Shown here piece by piece: positions 1 through 11,926 of a stretch of 64,000 nt of DNA. The first letter of the stretch is position 1. Every line of letters begins with the position of its first letter. The position numbers and the translations under genes were made by a program. Below the pieces are notes generated by a model. The model saw only the letters and a list, made by a program, of their open reading frames with translations. It made no database searches and had not been told where the DNA came from. Origin of the DNA: Phoronis australis (lineage: Eukaryota > Animalia > Phoronida); assembly GCA_002633005.1 (NCBI GenBank), contig NMRA01000599.1, positions 191,357 to 255,356 on the forward strand. The letters run 5' to 3'.

Positions 1-1309
1 CACAGATTAGAGACGAGTGTTATGTGTCTAGGAAGAATTATAGGTAAACAGCCCAAGCATTAACACTGTGAAACTATTTTTTCAGTGAAATATTTATAAG
101 AGCACCTGACAATTAAAGCATTGGGTAGTCTACGTGTAACTCGTTACATGGTATTTTCCATTGACTACTTTTCCTGGCACGCTCTGAAACTGACAATGGT
201 TGCTATTTCTGTCGTCCACACATGCGATCTCGGGGATTTAAAAACGTTCAACAGCTTCAGTTGTCTTCATCTTGATTCGAAATTTCACGCAACGGTCGGC
301 AGGATGTGGTTTCTGTTACACACAAGGATGGTTGCGCCTTGAGATTACTTCCATAAAACTGACAACAGTTGAGGCACGCGATGCGTACAAGCTATGAATG
401 AATCACAAAGAAATAGCTGTCATACATCAAAAGGTCAATTAATTATAATTATATTCCATTAAGTCGGGTTTTATTGATTGGAAAATATGTTTAAAATCAA
501 ATGTCGTTTCATTGTCAAGTCCGTTCTTAATTCTCAAACACCAGGGGAAACCATTGGCGAGTGCGGAATTTCTAAATCAGCGAAACAGCAGAAAGTGTTT
601 CTAAGTACGAGTGCATTCACGGGCTAGCAATTCACGCTGGTGTGCGTAAGCTTTCAGCTACATACCGATATTTGATAGCGTGCAATGACTAAGTGTGCAC
701 CGGGACGGATTACGGTGTTATGCGTTTGGCCAATAAGGACTCGTCATGACCAAAAGCGGCAAAACATTCCACCTACAAATCATGCTTCAGCTCTGTATCA
801 CAGCTACCATTCGACAATGTTTTGTGAAACAGTGGAGTTCACAACAATGTTATACCTGAAGCCCTTGAAAATTGAAAAGGATGAGTTGTAGCAATTTTGC
901 CCAAAATTGGAAAGATTTTACTATACTAAATTGGATATTTTTGCCACGAAGCTGGTACAATATGTTCGTTACAAGAGCAGTCATTAGATATACATTGTAC
1001 TACCCAACCAAGTTTTCCCTCATCGTCTTCTGACAGCACACAAACGTGGATTTCCGGTGACAGTTTTAAACGTTTGTTCTTGGCTGGCTAGATTTTTGTG
1101 TTTAGGTATCAACTGAGAAGTCGCCCTAGACGACGAGCAAAGTATAGTTGATACTCATACTTCCTTATTCAAGCCATTGTTGGTTCAACCTGCGTTCATT
1201 CCTTCGCAGCGCCCTCATGCGACAAGAGAAGCTCTGCCAAGTCAACACCTCTCGCATCCAGCTTTTAGTGCTCGGCGCAGACACGCTCAAGAAATATCAA
1301 AGAAGATGA

Positions 1310-1680
1310 CAAAAACTCGAAAAATCCTATCAAAAGTTAAGATATTTTTTCAGATACAAGTTCTATTTTTGATACACAAATCACTTATTTTCCCCCGTCT
1401 CACTTATGCAAGTACTTGCTGGACATCCAACAATTGCCATAGTCTGATAGCTTTACAAAAAAAAAAACAGGTTGCGCTTTTTTGCTCATAGCGAGTAATT
1501 ATTAAAATCTCTGAACTTCTTCTCTCTTTTGTGACTTGTTTAAATGGTTTTGTTTTAAGTTTCATTCTAAATCTCCTAATCATCTTTACCATTATTTTTA
1601 AAAATTCCAGCAATAACGAACACGGCCTCAAACTAATGAATAACCTTTCGAAATACAACAGGTTTATTACTAATTTGCCC
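1310..1680 (+). mobile_element. Degenerate CR1/L2-group LINE ORF2 C-terminal fragment
   Basis: Translation KILSKVKIFFQIQVLFLIHKSLIFPRLTYASTCW...LQKK resembles the post-RT motif LxxLYxSLIxPxLxYxxxxW...LQKR of CR1/L2 LINEs (compare 46430-46950); stops and frameshifts follow. Confidence 0.55.
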
Positions 1681-2634
1681 CGCAGTACGTATTAATCAAC
1701 GGGTCCAAATGCAACAGTACACAACTTCTGTTTCTTACAATACAACAAATTTTGTGTTTATAGTGGCCTGGAACACGAAAACTCGAAAAAATAATTAAAA
1801 AGATCGCGGCGAATCTGCTTCTTGGGGATGCAAACATGAGAGTTATTATTTATGAATGTTGCAAGAATTTCCAGAAAAATCGTGAGATTCACTATTTTTG
1901 AAACACAGACAAATCTAAACTCTTTGATCCCAACACAATGTTCAAAGTCTTCGCCCCTAAAAACATATATGAGCGCAAGCGTTCAAAGAAATCAGACTGG
2001 CTGCGGCCTGAAATCGCTATTGTTTTGTTTACATCAATGGTTTAAGGGCGCATTTTCCCTATGAGGGAAACGTGGTACTCTTAGTCGAGTTATACCAAAT
2101 AAGGAGACTTGGTTTGCGAGTGAGAGAAAACAGAAAGAAGTGGCAAGCATTTGAAATATGTATTTTTTTAAAATTAGAAACTAAAGGAAACATGCTTTGA
2201 CATCAACAGAAATTCAAAATCTTTACGAACAAACAGTAAAATAGCTGGTGAACAGTTTGTCTTCTATTTCAGTGGAGAGAACCACTTTGAATATTGCAAT
2301 TTCAGTCTGTTTTTCACGGTCTGTGCCACTTAAAATTCGCACTAACTCAATAGACGTGCTTTTGTAAGCATGTGAAGAAAATTACTTTGAATATTGATAC
2401 ACATGTGACCCTTACCTGAAATAATTAAATGACATGTTCAGTTTAGATTTTCATTTGCTTACTGTACTTAGCACACTAATGTATAGATCACGTGCTCTTG
2501 TCAATTTCTGTCTCATTTGAATACGTTTTTGTCGTTGTAGACTATGAGTCTTATTTCAACGAACACTGTCTTTTTCTTTTTAAAGATGTGATTATGCTAT
2601 TTCATACTTTATAACTTATTTTGAATATGTTTAA

Positions 2635-4496
2635 AGGAGAATGCCACCCGATTTAATTAGTCTTTTTACCGTCTTAATCGGTCTATATCCACGTGACCTC
2701 GTATACGGCAATCTTACATCGCCGAGAGGTGTCGCGTTAAGCTGTGAGGAAGTGCTGCTATGGTGTGGTGTATCGTTCCCGCGCTTGTGCGAACTATGAA
2801 GCTGCGAGGAAGGCGAGTTTATCATTTTTCGATTTCCTCGAGAGCCCACAATGCTTCGGAATTGGCTCGCGGTAGTGAAGAATGAAAAGTACGCCCTTAA
2901 TATATACCAAGTACGAGGCCGTGAAACTTCGCCGTGTCTGTCAGTGGCCTGCATTTCGTCGGATCGGATGTTGATCAGTTTTTGATGATGGAGCATTGTA
3001 GTTGGCCATGAAAACATAAACAATCACAATTAATTCAAGGCGTGAGAACATAACGTTTTCTATAACCTGTTCGATGACTGGCTCGTTCGTGAGGCTTCTG
3101 TTTGATCCTCTGGGTGTAGGATGTTTGCGCCAGCTCTTTTTCTCAGCCGCACTCGCAAACGCAAGCGTCAGTCTTCCATTACCGTGCAGTGAGCTCATTG
3201 ATACCATGGCAACTCATCCAAACCGTTTGCGGAACCATATGTATCCATAAGTTTCGTTGTCTGTGCACGCTCACGGAGCTTCGCTATTATTTCTTGATCA
3301 GTGTATTCCGGTTCAAACTGATAGCCTGCGAAACAACAATCGAACTGTGAAGTCTTCGTCGGATGAGCACTCGTCTAAGTCGGGATTGCGAGTTGCCACG
3401 TTGACGTGTGCGTTCTGTTTCAAAATGAGTTATTCTCACCCTAACCAATGCTTATAAAAAACTGAAACAAAGTCTGTCTCATTAGATAAAATTTGTAATG
3501 CCTTGGAGTGTTCGTGAGTGCAACTCTTGAGAAGCCAGGCGTTCAGTTAGATGCCGGCAATAGACTCAGTAAATTGACCGGGCACCGAGGCCGTGTGAGC
3601 ACATACTAATTCAGTGTTTGCTGACTGAAAGCTGTAGTGAAACAGTGAAACAATAACTCGATTTTATCTCCTATGGTCAGATGTTAGGGGAATCTTTATT
3701 TAGACATTCATATACATTATTCGAATCTTTGTTACTGTACAACTTTGGCCTTGGCGGTTCTGTGGAAGGGTACCGGTATAAAACCAAGTTCGCGGCCCCC
3801 GACGAGCTAGAAGTAGATTTGCAGTTTCGCAACTAATTCACCAAAATAATCACTTGCACATTTTTTCTTTGTCTAATTAGTATAGTCTGTTCGTGACTGG
3901 ACGTTAAGTTTCCAACTTTGACTGGTTTATGTTCGTGATGTCTTAAGTCCGGCCGCGATGGGCCTGGTCTGGGTTCCGAGACAGTGGCCGGGATAGCAAG
4001 CGTTTTGCGTGTTAAGAACTGAAAAACTGAAAAAAATCGCAAATCTAAAACTACAGCACACAGATATGTTCTCCTGTCTGTATTTCACCGGCGAATGATT
4101 TGAATTTATCACCGAACATACCCCAAACTCCCGCGACCGACCTTGGTAACTTGGCCTACTGGACTTTGTAGGCTACGGTACTTTCAAATACCTACTAAAA
4201 TCCGTAACAGCGAAATAAAATAACACGTTTGTTCAATAACTCGATGTATTTGTAAGGGTTTTAAATCGAATTTAGGTGATTTATTTGTGTAAAACGATGA
4301 ATTCAAGCGATAAGCTGCCCACCAGTAAGCGTGTTGTGAAATGCTGAACAGACTGCACTCGAACCTCTGACGTTATTGGTTAATTTCAACACCTCCGTCT
4401 GCCGTCAGGTGTCAGGTAAAAGAGCTGTACTTGCTGTTATCGAGTGGAACTATTCGATCTAAATTGATACAAACTAGGCCCGGGTGGCATTCTCCT
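2635..4496. mobile_element. Kolobok-like non-autonomous DNA transposon
   Basis: Perfect 16-bp TIR AGGAGAATGCCACCCG (2635-2650) / CGGGTGGCATTCTCCT (4481-4496) with TTAA on both sides (2631-2634, 4497-4500). RR...YY ends with TTAA TSD and a THAP relic fit Kolobok. Confidence 0.8.
2760..3060 (+). pseudogene. Frameshifted THAP zinc-finger domain relic inside the Kolobok-like element
   Basis: Across frameshifts: MVWCIVP/ACANYEAARKASLSF/FRFPREPTMLRNWLAVVKNEKY...RVC/GLHFVGSD, matching THAP C-x-V-x-x-C...F-x-FP...W...C-x-x-HF. Confidence 0.65.
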
Positions 4497-4650
4497 TTAA
4501 TATTCATTTTAAATTGTCTCGGTGGTCCCTGAGCGGTTCAACGACCACCCAGAATCACCGATTCGGTGCAATATTTTCGTCAGTTTCCGTACGAAGTTAT
4601 CGTGTTCGTATATATACACAAAACGTACCGAGAGTGGCATTAGTGATGTA

Positions 4651-4950
4651 ATATCCCACGAGACATTATTCCACGTATCGAGCGAGACCGAGGGTCGAGG
4701 TCGATACTCGGAATAATGTGTACTTCATCTACACCAATCGAGGTACGTTTTGTATTTATCCCATACACATCAAGTTTCTTACATTTTTTCTCCAGATTTT
4801 TCAAATACTTCACTCAGATTGTTCACGTGGCGGATCACAGCCTATGTCTATGTACTTGCGCGTTAGGTTGCAAGTTTTCTCTAAAGAAAGTTTTAAATGT
4901 AACGATTTATCACTTGAAAAGAGATAAAAAAGATGAAAGCAACGGTAACT
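4651..4950 (+). repeat. Palindrome-terminated interspersed repeat (Crypton-like, tentative), copy 1 part A
   Basis: Imperfect hairpin ttattcc..gtatcga..gacc-gag-ggtc..tcgatac..ggaataa, then ~250 bp alignable by eye to 61795-62045. The family continues at 7255-7390, so this copy is split by later insertions. Confidence 0.55.
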
Positions 4951-5715
4951 GCAGGGGCGGATGCAGGATTTTGAGATAGTTTTACTAACCACAATCATAA
5001 GCAAGTTAATATTAATTTTTGAACTTGCTTCCGATGTTAAGCGCTTCACATAATCATCGGGTCGTATCCGGAACGAGTGGTGACTGCGTAGATGACGATC
5101 AGAGGAGGCTTGATGTTGTTCATCGGCATTGAAACCGCGTGGTCTCTAAACCATAGGGTAACACGGGAGTCTAGAAGTAAATGTCTATTCCTAGCCCAAA
5201 CTATGTAACATTGAGAGAGCTCCCCAAAAGTAGTGCGGTGTGAATGCCTTAACATCGACCAAGAAACAAAACAGCAGCAAATGGGTTTGTTATTTGCTAC
5301 TTTGGTGTATTGTCTAGCATAGTATGGATAAAGTGCAGGCATTTTCAAATTTTGAATTGAAAGTGATCGTCAAATGTCTTGTTCATCAAGTGTTCACTTT
5401 GATTGTGGATTGGTGAAGTGACACGCATGCGTGTACACGTGAGTACGTTTCCGTTCTTTAAATTCAGTACACGCCGACGGTAAGTTCAATGACTACTCTG
5501 TCGTTTCTGAAAACTCAGACATTTAGCTGCCGCGTTTTTTTTTGCACTGAGAAATCCCCGAATGTTCACGTTATTAGGTGAGTCTAGACCTAATTAAAAC
5601 CTTGGTCGATGAAGAAAGTCTTCTCTTGTAAATCAATGTCAATGGTGCACAGCCTCGCAGATTAGTTACTAATACGAGCAACAACCTTGATGGAAAAGAT
5701 TTCCAAGTTTACATG

Positions 5716-6800
5716 TCCGAAGGTTCACTACTCCGAAGGTTCGCTATCTTCGAAAGTTCACTACTTTCAATGTCCAAAATTCCGAAACCAGAACTCCGAC
5801 AGTTCATTGCTCTGATTTTCTACTAATGACTCAGAACCAACATGAATAAAGTATTGTATTTCTGTCCATTTAGTAACCATTTAAAGGGTGTGCAAAAGTT
5901 CAATAGTCCCAAAAATTGATTTACATTGTTTACAAAAGAGCTCAGTTCCAATCACTGACAATCGTGATTCTTGAATTTAACTAAAGACTCATTCTCAATT
6001 AGGGACAACATCTGGGGCACGGGTTCGGGATGCGGCGATCAACGGCGGTTTTAAATTTAAGAAGACTGATTGAGACTTCGTGAAGACTGCCAGGAACAGG
6101 GTAGCCTATAACTACATTTAGTTTTGATCCGGCCGTACGATTAGTTCCGGTGGGTGAGGTCGAAGCGCAGCGGCCCTAAGCGATGATGCGATCTCGACAT
6201 GGGATTGATGAATCATAACCGGATTTAGAGGGCTACCGCAAGCAAAATGAAAGAGCAACAACTCGAAGCGTGAGGAAATATTGAGGTCAGTAAGAAGTAC
6301 GAGCGGTATCGGATGAGGGAGGGGGGGGGTCAGACCGTAGATCGCGGGGAATCGTGTTCCCGTTTTTTTTTAGTCCACTGATAGATTTTACGAACAGGAA
6401 GTGCAGGTTTGTGCATACAATCGGGCTTTGCCCAATTCCCCGAGGCAACATGTTGGGGCCCCCCTTATGTTATCCTAGATCCGTCACTGTGAATTGTTGA
6501 TAATTCATCAACATTCCTACTTCATATTCTTTTAGAAATGCAAGTACGTATTCATTTTTCCGTATTAGTAAGACATGCAGACAATTTCACATGCACATGA
6601 AATCCAAACAAAGTGATTAATTAGCTGAGTGTATTGCTGTCGATATAGATGCATCTAATAACCGAAGTGTCGTTTATTAATTTTTGCATGTAAAAGTATA
6701 ACAGTTACACCCGAGTCAGAAATTGTAGACATTTTCGGAGTAGTGAACCTTCGGAGTGGTGAACCTTCGAAGTAGTAAACCTTCCGAATAGTGGGCTGTT
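5716..6800. mobile_element. Non-autonomous DNA element with inverted subterminal 16-bp tandem repeats
   Basis: Left units TCCGAAGGTTCACTAC x~3 (from 5716); right inverted units TCGGAGTAGTGAACCT x~4 (from 6735). Exact termini unclear. Confidence 0.6.
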
Positions 6801-7254
6801 CTCATTCCAAGCGATGTAAGCAACTTTTAACAAAAATACAATCAGATGAAAAATTACGTCATCATTCTCCCACTAAATATTACCGTCCCAGTATGCAATG
6901 AGGTGTAATCTCTCGTTTGAAAAGCCCGATTTGAAAATTTGGCAGGAGGTAACGCGATAACGTTAAGCTTATATTCATGGATCACATTACGTCCGAAGTC
7001 GAGGCCCTTTTTTGCGAGCAACCGTCACGATATCCTCATTTCTGGTATTACCAATTCCGTCTTATCTCAGGGAGACATGGAGCTGAGAGCCATCGTTGCC
7101 GTGGATACAGATTTCCTTTCCCCATAATCAAGATTCAAGCTCCTTACGGAAAACTCGAGTGTCGACGTCAGAAAAAGGTCCACCTTTCTAGAAATTCGAA
7201 CCACCCCCGCGCAATGCTGGCTACGGGCCTGATATTTCATATTGTAGTTAGTCC

Positions 7255-7390
7255 TACCGAGGAATCGGAGCCTGAGTGAGTTGCAGACGACATAATATTA
7301 GCAGTTGAAAACAGAACTGTCATACCCGGTAATTAACAGTCCTGTTCTGGATGTTACGACTGAGACCTGAGTGCATGTTAAGTGTTAAAT
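7255..7390 (+). repeat. Crypton-like repeat, copy 1 part B
   Basis: ccgaggaatcggagcctg...ataatatttagca...gacctgagtgcatg aligns with 62125-62210. Confidence 0.55.
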
Positions 7391-8089
7391 ATTATGCCAT
7401 TTTGGCATACATATTTTTGAATAGTTAACTGCGGGTACAAAAACCGGGAATGTTCTAAAGTAGGACAAAAAGTCGTCAAAAAAGAATGCGTGAGTACCGG
7501 CGGAACGCTAGTGTTTGCTTAAAAAGTAAGTGCCGTTGACTGCAAGGCAATTTGACAAATATCTTCCAAACTTTTGTCTCACGGTGAGAGGAGACGGCTT
7601 TTGAGTAGTTTATTTGGCAGTTACCAATATACGCTCGGATGTATCAGGAAACCAATGGCTTTAGCACAGCTGAAACCAGAGGAGTACATTCACTGTTTTG
7701 TCGGTGTACGATTGTCCCCACAAGTACAAGTTCATTGTTAAAAACTTAGTACTTTATTTACGGTTTGGTATTCATTTCCTATCAAACTGAAGACATTTTT
7801 ATGTTTTATCCATGCGCATTTTCCGGAATGTACGTCTTGGGCGCGTTTGTGGAAAAATCCTTATATATGCCTAGTGGGCGTATCTAAACAAGGGCCTGTC
7901 TGCAGAAAACTGCATAACTCTGCTGGCTTGATGTGCCATCAAAAACGAGTCCATCACGATGAAAAACAATTACGTTTGCGAGATTCGCAAAATACATTGG
8001 ATAACAGTCGTCACAATGGAGGTCACGAATACTAATGGTTTTACATCGATCTCACTCTTTTAAAATCGTTAATGCCGACTAACCAGACA

Positions 8090-8270
8090 TTTTTATGCAA
8101 CCGCTCTCATATTATTGTTATCTCTGTTCGGCGTCTCGGGTCCGGCGTTCCGCGTCCGTCCGTCGTCCGCAGCTGTTTCTCCAAAACCCCTTGCTCGATA
8201 TTGGTGAAAACAGGCAGGTGTGCTGCTGTGAACATGGTCACAAATGAAAACGACTTTCGGCAATTTTAGT
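8090..8270 (+). mobile_element. 5' end of a Helentron-associated (HINE/DINE-1-like) element
   Basis: TTTTTATGC start, GTCC-type microsatellite (cgtccgtccgtcgtccg) and ctccaaaacccctt core, as at 54855-54960. Confidence 0.55.
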
Positions 8271-8867
8271 GCTTTGTGTTTGTTTTTTGTCTGCTAAATC
8301 CTTTCATGGATCTTTCTGTACTTGCTGTGGAGGATTTAAGGGTACGAGGTAACCTCGTGTATTTTTTTTTACAGGCGGGAAAGTTTAACCCCTGTAAGTA
8401 CTAAACACTTACAAACCTAAAGATGTCTGAGCTTGGCCACGCGTTGAGTTAGTCAAGCGTTATGTAGCGGGTTGTCGTAAATTCGTAGTACATTTTCACT
8501 GCTTAAAGTTTTCACTGCATTGAGAATTAAATTCATTTGCTTTATTGATTAATAGTCAGTATGCAATTATTTCGTTGGGCTTATGAACACACACCTGGAT
8601 GGTCTGTCTGGAGGCACGGGTGAACACCAGAGGCTTATGTAAATACAGCACTCACGTCATGTCATGTCTCAAACTTTAACCGAGTGTCATTTTTAAGGCC
8701 ACCTATTGAGAAAGCAACTGTTGATAAAATCATTGATTGTTTGCATTTTGACAAAGCTGAAGTAAAACCGATCACACTCTTTTGTTTACAGGTCTGAGGA
8801 ACGGTAACGAAAGATTGGCCACGATCGATGAACGGTGGCGGTGCATTCGATTATCAAAGTTGGCATC

Positions 8868-10217
8868 ATGAACGATCACCTAAATGCCAGTCAGTTTGTA
8901 CAGGATTATCGGTCTCAGTTTCTAGAAAAAGCGCTTTCAATGCCCGGAACATCATCAACAATATTATTTTCAATCTGTTTTGTTTTAGGAACCATTGGGA
9001 ACCTATTGACTATTTTTGTGTTTTATAAACAATGTAACAGTACTACGTCAATTTATTTCGTAGTCCAATTGGCTGTGATTGATCTTCTTACGTGTACAAT
9101 TGTCATTCCGTATCAAACCGGGATCACTTATGTTTTAGTTGAAGATGACAGCGTATGCAAAATCTTCGGCGGTTGGGTGACGTTTTTCACTCTTGGCGTC
9201 TCCGTTTACCTGCTAGTTCTAATAGCGCTGGATAGGTATTTCGCAGTTTGTCAAGCGACTTCATTTGTTATGACACTAGATCGCGCCAAAAGTGTTACAG
9301 CACTCATTTGGTTGTTTTCCGCCATGCAGGCTAGTGTGCACTGTTTGTATTTCGGAGGATATGTGCGGCCATCCGACGCTGGTTTAGGAAACTCGTCCCT
9401 GTATCAGTACGTTGGAGATTGCGCTGTCGGACACGATCCGTATATTTTGCCAGAGTCTGTATCAGTAATTCTAAAAACATCTCTAGCTGTGCAGTACTCC
9501 GTTTTTGTTGTTCTTTTCGCTGTGTGCTACGTTCTCATATTCATCAACGTGCGTCGCAGGGAAATACTCCGTAAAATGAAACGAGCGACTCTCTCGACAG
9601 CCGAATCTTACGTGGACTCGTGCGTCGACGAGCATACGGAAAACGGTGACATGCTACGTAAGGAAGTGGAAAACAGGGAGATACTTCCTGAAGATCCTTT
9701 ACCTGACGATGAGCTCATAGAAAACGACTCGAAACGCTTACCAACGGTGCTTTTTTCTATTGGGGGCCCAGACTCCTCGTGTTCTTCAGAACCGTGTGAT
9801 AAAAATGCAACTTCGGACATAGAACACAACTCCTCATCTAATGACAACACAGATTCTCCACAAATGAAAGTCTCGCTAAAGAATAAGATTTTTAAACGAA
9901 GTAACGGACCACCATCTAAGATGATTTCCAGGGCATCTCTTAGCAGTCTGTTTACGTGGAGGTATGATAAATCTTCCCAGCGGAGGAAAGAAAGACGCAA
10001 TCATGTTCACATGGCAAAAATATTTGTTGTGGTAACGTTGGTTTTCACTGTTTGCAACGGCTTTTATTTTCTCAAGGAGTTCGGTGTCCTTCGCACGCCA
10101 TATAGAAGGACTCTCTCGTTCTTCGTGTTTGTGAACAATATCGCCAATCCATTCATCTACGGTTTCACGCACAAGAAATTCTCACTTGAGCTAAAACGAT
10201 TGCTCAGAGGCACATAG
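8868..10217 (+). CDS. Rhodopsin-like (class A) GPCR, peptide-receptor-like, 449 aa, single coding exon
   Basis: TM1 GN, TM2 LAVIDL, TM3 Cys and DRY (ALDRYFAVC), TM4 W, TM7 NPFIY, helix 8 F; N-terminal NAS sequon; long acidic/Ser-rich ICL3. In-frame stops at 8805 and 8829 make ATG 8868 the start; splice acceptor ttttgtttacag ends at 8791. Confidence 0.93.
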   Translation: MNDHLNASQFVQDYRSQFLEKALSMPGTSSTILFSICFVLGTIGNLLTIFVFYKQCNSTTSIYFVVQLAVIDLLTCTIVIPYQTGITYVLVEDDSVCKIFGGWVTFFTLGVSVYLLVLIALDRYFAVCQATSFVMTLDRAKSVTALIWLFSAMQASVHCLYFGGYVRPSDAGLGNSSLYQYVGDCAVGHDPYILPESVSVILKTSLAVQYSVFVVLFAVCYVLIFINVRRREILRKMKRATLSTAESYVDSCVDEHTENGDMLRKEVENREILPEDPLPDDELIENDSKRLPTVLFSIGGPDSSCSSEPCDKNATSDIEHNSSSNDNTDSPQMKVSLKNKIFKRSNGPPSKMISRASLSSLFTWRYDKSSQRRKERRNHVHMAKIFVVVTLVFTVCNGFYFLKEFGVLRTPYRRTLSFFVFVNNIANPFIYGFTHKKFSLELKRLLRGT

Positions 10218-10356
10218 AATGAACGGATGTCAATATTTCAAGGCATGTTGTGTTCATTCACCAGCTCAAAGGCGACCGCTCAATGGACGAGTGCGCTTAA
10301 CTACGTATCTTTTACTAGGCACTTGCAGTAGTGAGTGAGGCAATAGCTGTATTTGA

Positions 10357-10484
10357 TTGACTTCGCCGGTTACGCCGGGTCAACGGCCTAAGAAATCTGA
10401 TTGGTGCGTATGTAAATCAGAATTCGCCATCGAGAACCACCCAACTGTTTTAGCCGTTTGACTCGGCGGAACCGGCCAAATCAA
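10357..10484. mobile_element. Small imperfect inverted-repeat element downstream of the GPCR stop
   Basis: ttgacttcgccggttacgccgggtcaacggc pairs with gccgtttgactcggcggaaccggccaaatcaa. Confidence 0.55.
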
Positions 10485-11804
10485 AAAAGTTCCTGTCATA
10501 TAAAATTAACCTTGTTCTTAAGTTTGTTACGCAATCCAATCTACTCTCGCCTAAATCTTTTGATAATTTCACATGGAGAACCCGAAAACGAGTTGAATAT
10601 TTTTTTTGGCCATTTCATAATTTTTAGCCATTTGTGTTCATATGTTTGGGTTTTCAGTTTGATTTCCATATCCTTTAACTGCCGATGTGTCTTGTTTAAT
10701 GTTTAACAGAATTTCAAATAAAACTTCGGTTAAAATTAAGTTTGTCGCCACAATAGTTTTGGAAGCTCATCCAATGAGGAAAAGGTTTTATTTGGAAGCA
10801 TGGTTGGGTTTTACAATTCGTTCAAAGCCTACCTGGTCTACCTACACATGTAGGTTTAGCTCATGCATGTGCAGTGTATAAAAACATCACTCTAACCCTA
10901 CTGAAGTTATATATTGCCAAATGTAATGAGCGGTCTAGTTTATTGTATTACCTGAGTCTCGCTAGAGTCTTCAGTTAATGGCAATGGTGGCGAGATCGTC
11001 TCATCTAACAGTCGGCTCATCCAGAATTGCCAACACACATTTTGTGGAAATCGAATACATGCCGCGAGTCTGCCCAAAAATAGTGCGGTAAAGGAACAAC
11101 TTACTAGAAGGGGAACCAAAAAAGTTCTCAAAGCAGTCATAGTCACTTGGCATTGATTTTGTTGCCCAATAGTTTCAAGATGTCTTCTTTTTTCGTCTGA
11201 AAATACCGTGTCTTGTTGCCTGATCGGATCTCAGTAAAATAATGCGCCAGCGTTAGCTTGCGAAACAAATACAGGTAAAGGGGTTCGACATAAATTGTCA
11301 CAAAACGGTAAGGTAGTAGTTGTTTTGTAGCATTGGCTAATTTATATAACATTTGAATATTGTTTTCATTTAAGCCAACAGAATGTTATATTTGAAGTGT
11401 TCGTTTTGCGTTAAGCTCTGTAAAAGCGTTATAATCATAGCGCGCAACATCAAATTTCACAATGACGTCACACTAAACATGAGAATAAGCATAAACATGC
11501 ATGAAATGTAGACATAATGTGTCTCAAATTGTGGTAAAACGGCAAATTTGAATTCAATAAAGAAGAAAGTTCTGGAATTAATTCATTCAACTCAAGAAAA
11601 CATAATTTACAATCCCACCAACAAAACATAATGATTGCCATCTAGTGAAATGCAGTGCGTCAAGTGTGATCATGAAAATGGCGTGCTTTCTAAATAGCCA
11701 GCAAATACGCGAGACATCAAAGTAGGACACTAAAGAATAAATTTTACCGGGATACGCGGCATTTTTGTGTAACATCCAAAACGCTAAAATTCAAGGTACT
11801 CCAA

Positions 11805-11926
11805 CATGGGCGGCGCAGCACTGAAAAAAGTGGGGGCTAAAACCACCTCAGCCCCCCTGTGGTGCACCGCCTATAGACCACGTGCGGCGTAGCACTGAAA
11901 AAAGTGGGGCCCGTGCGCCGGCCATG
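11805..11926. mobile_element. Tandem pair of small CATGGGCGG-type MITEs
   Basis: catgggcggcgca...tgcaccgcctat, then a second unit ending tgcgccggccatg; tccaa on both flanks; same family as 41752-41813. Confidence 0.5.

Noticed and set aside
6939-7279. ORFs with an ELRAIV motif (retroelement RNase H-like)
   Set aside because: A single short motif with no supporting neighbouring residues.
121-8269. Numerous 60-130 aa ORFs here and in other intergenic and intronic DNA
   Set aside because: No recognisable domains, often non-ATG starts or overlapping repeats; expected by chance.
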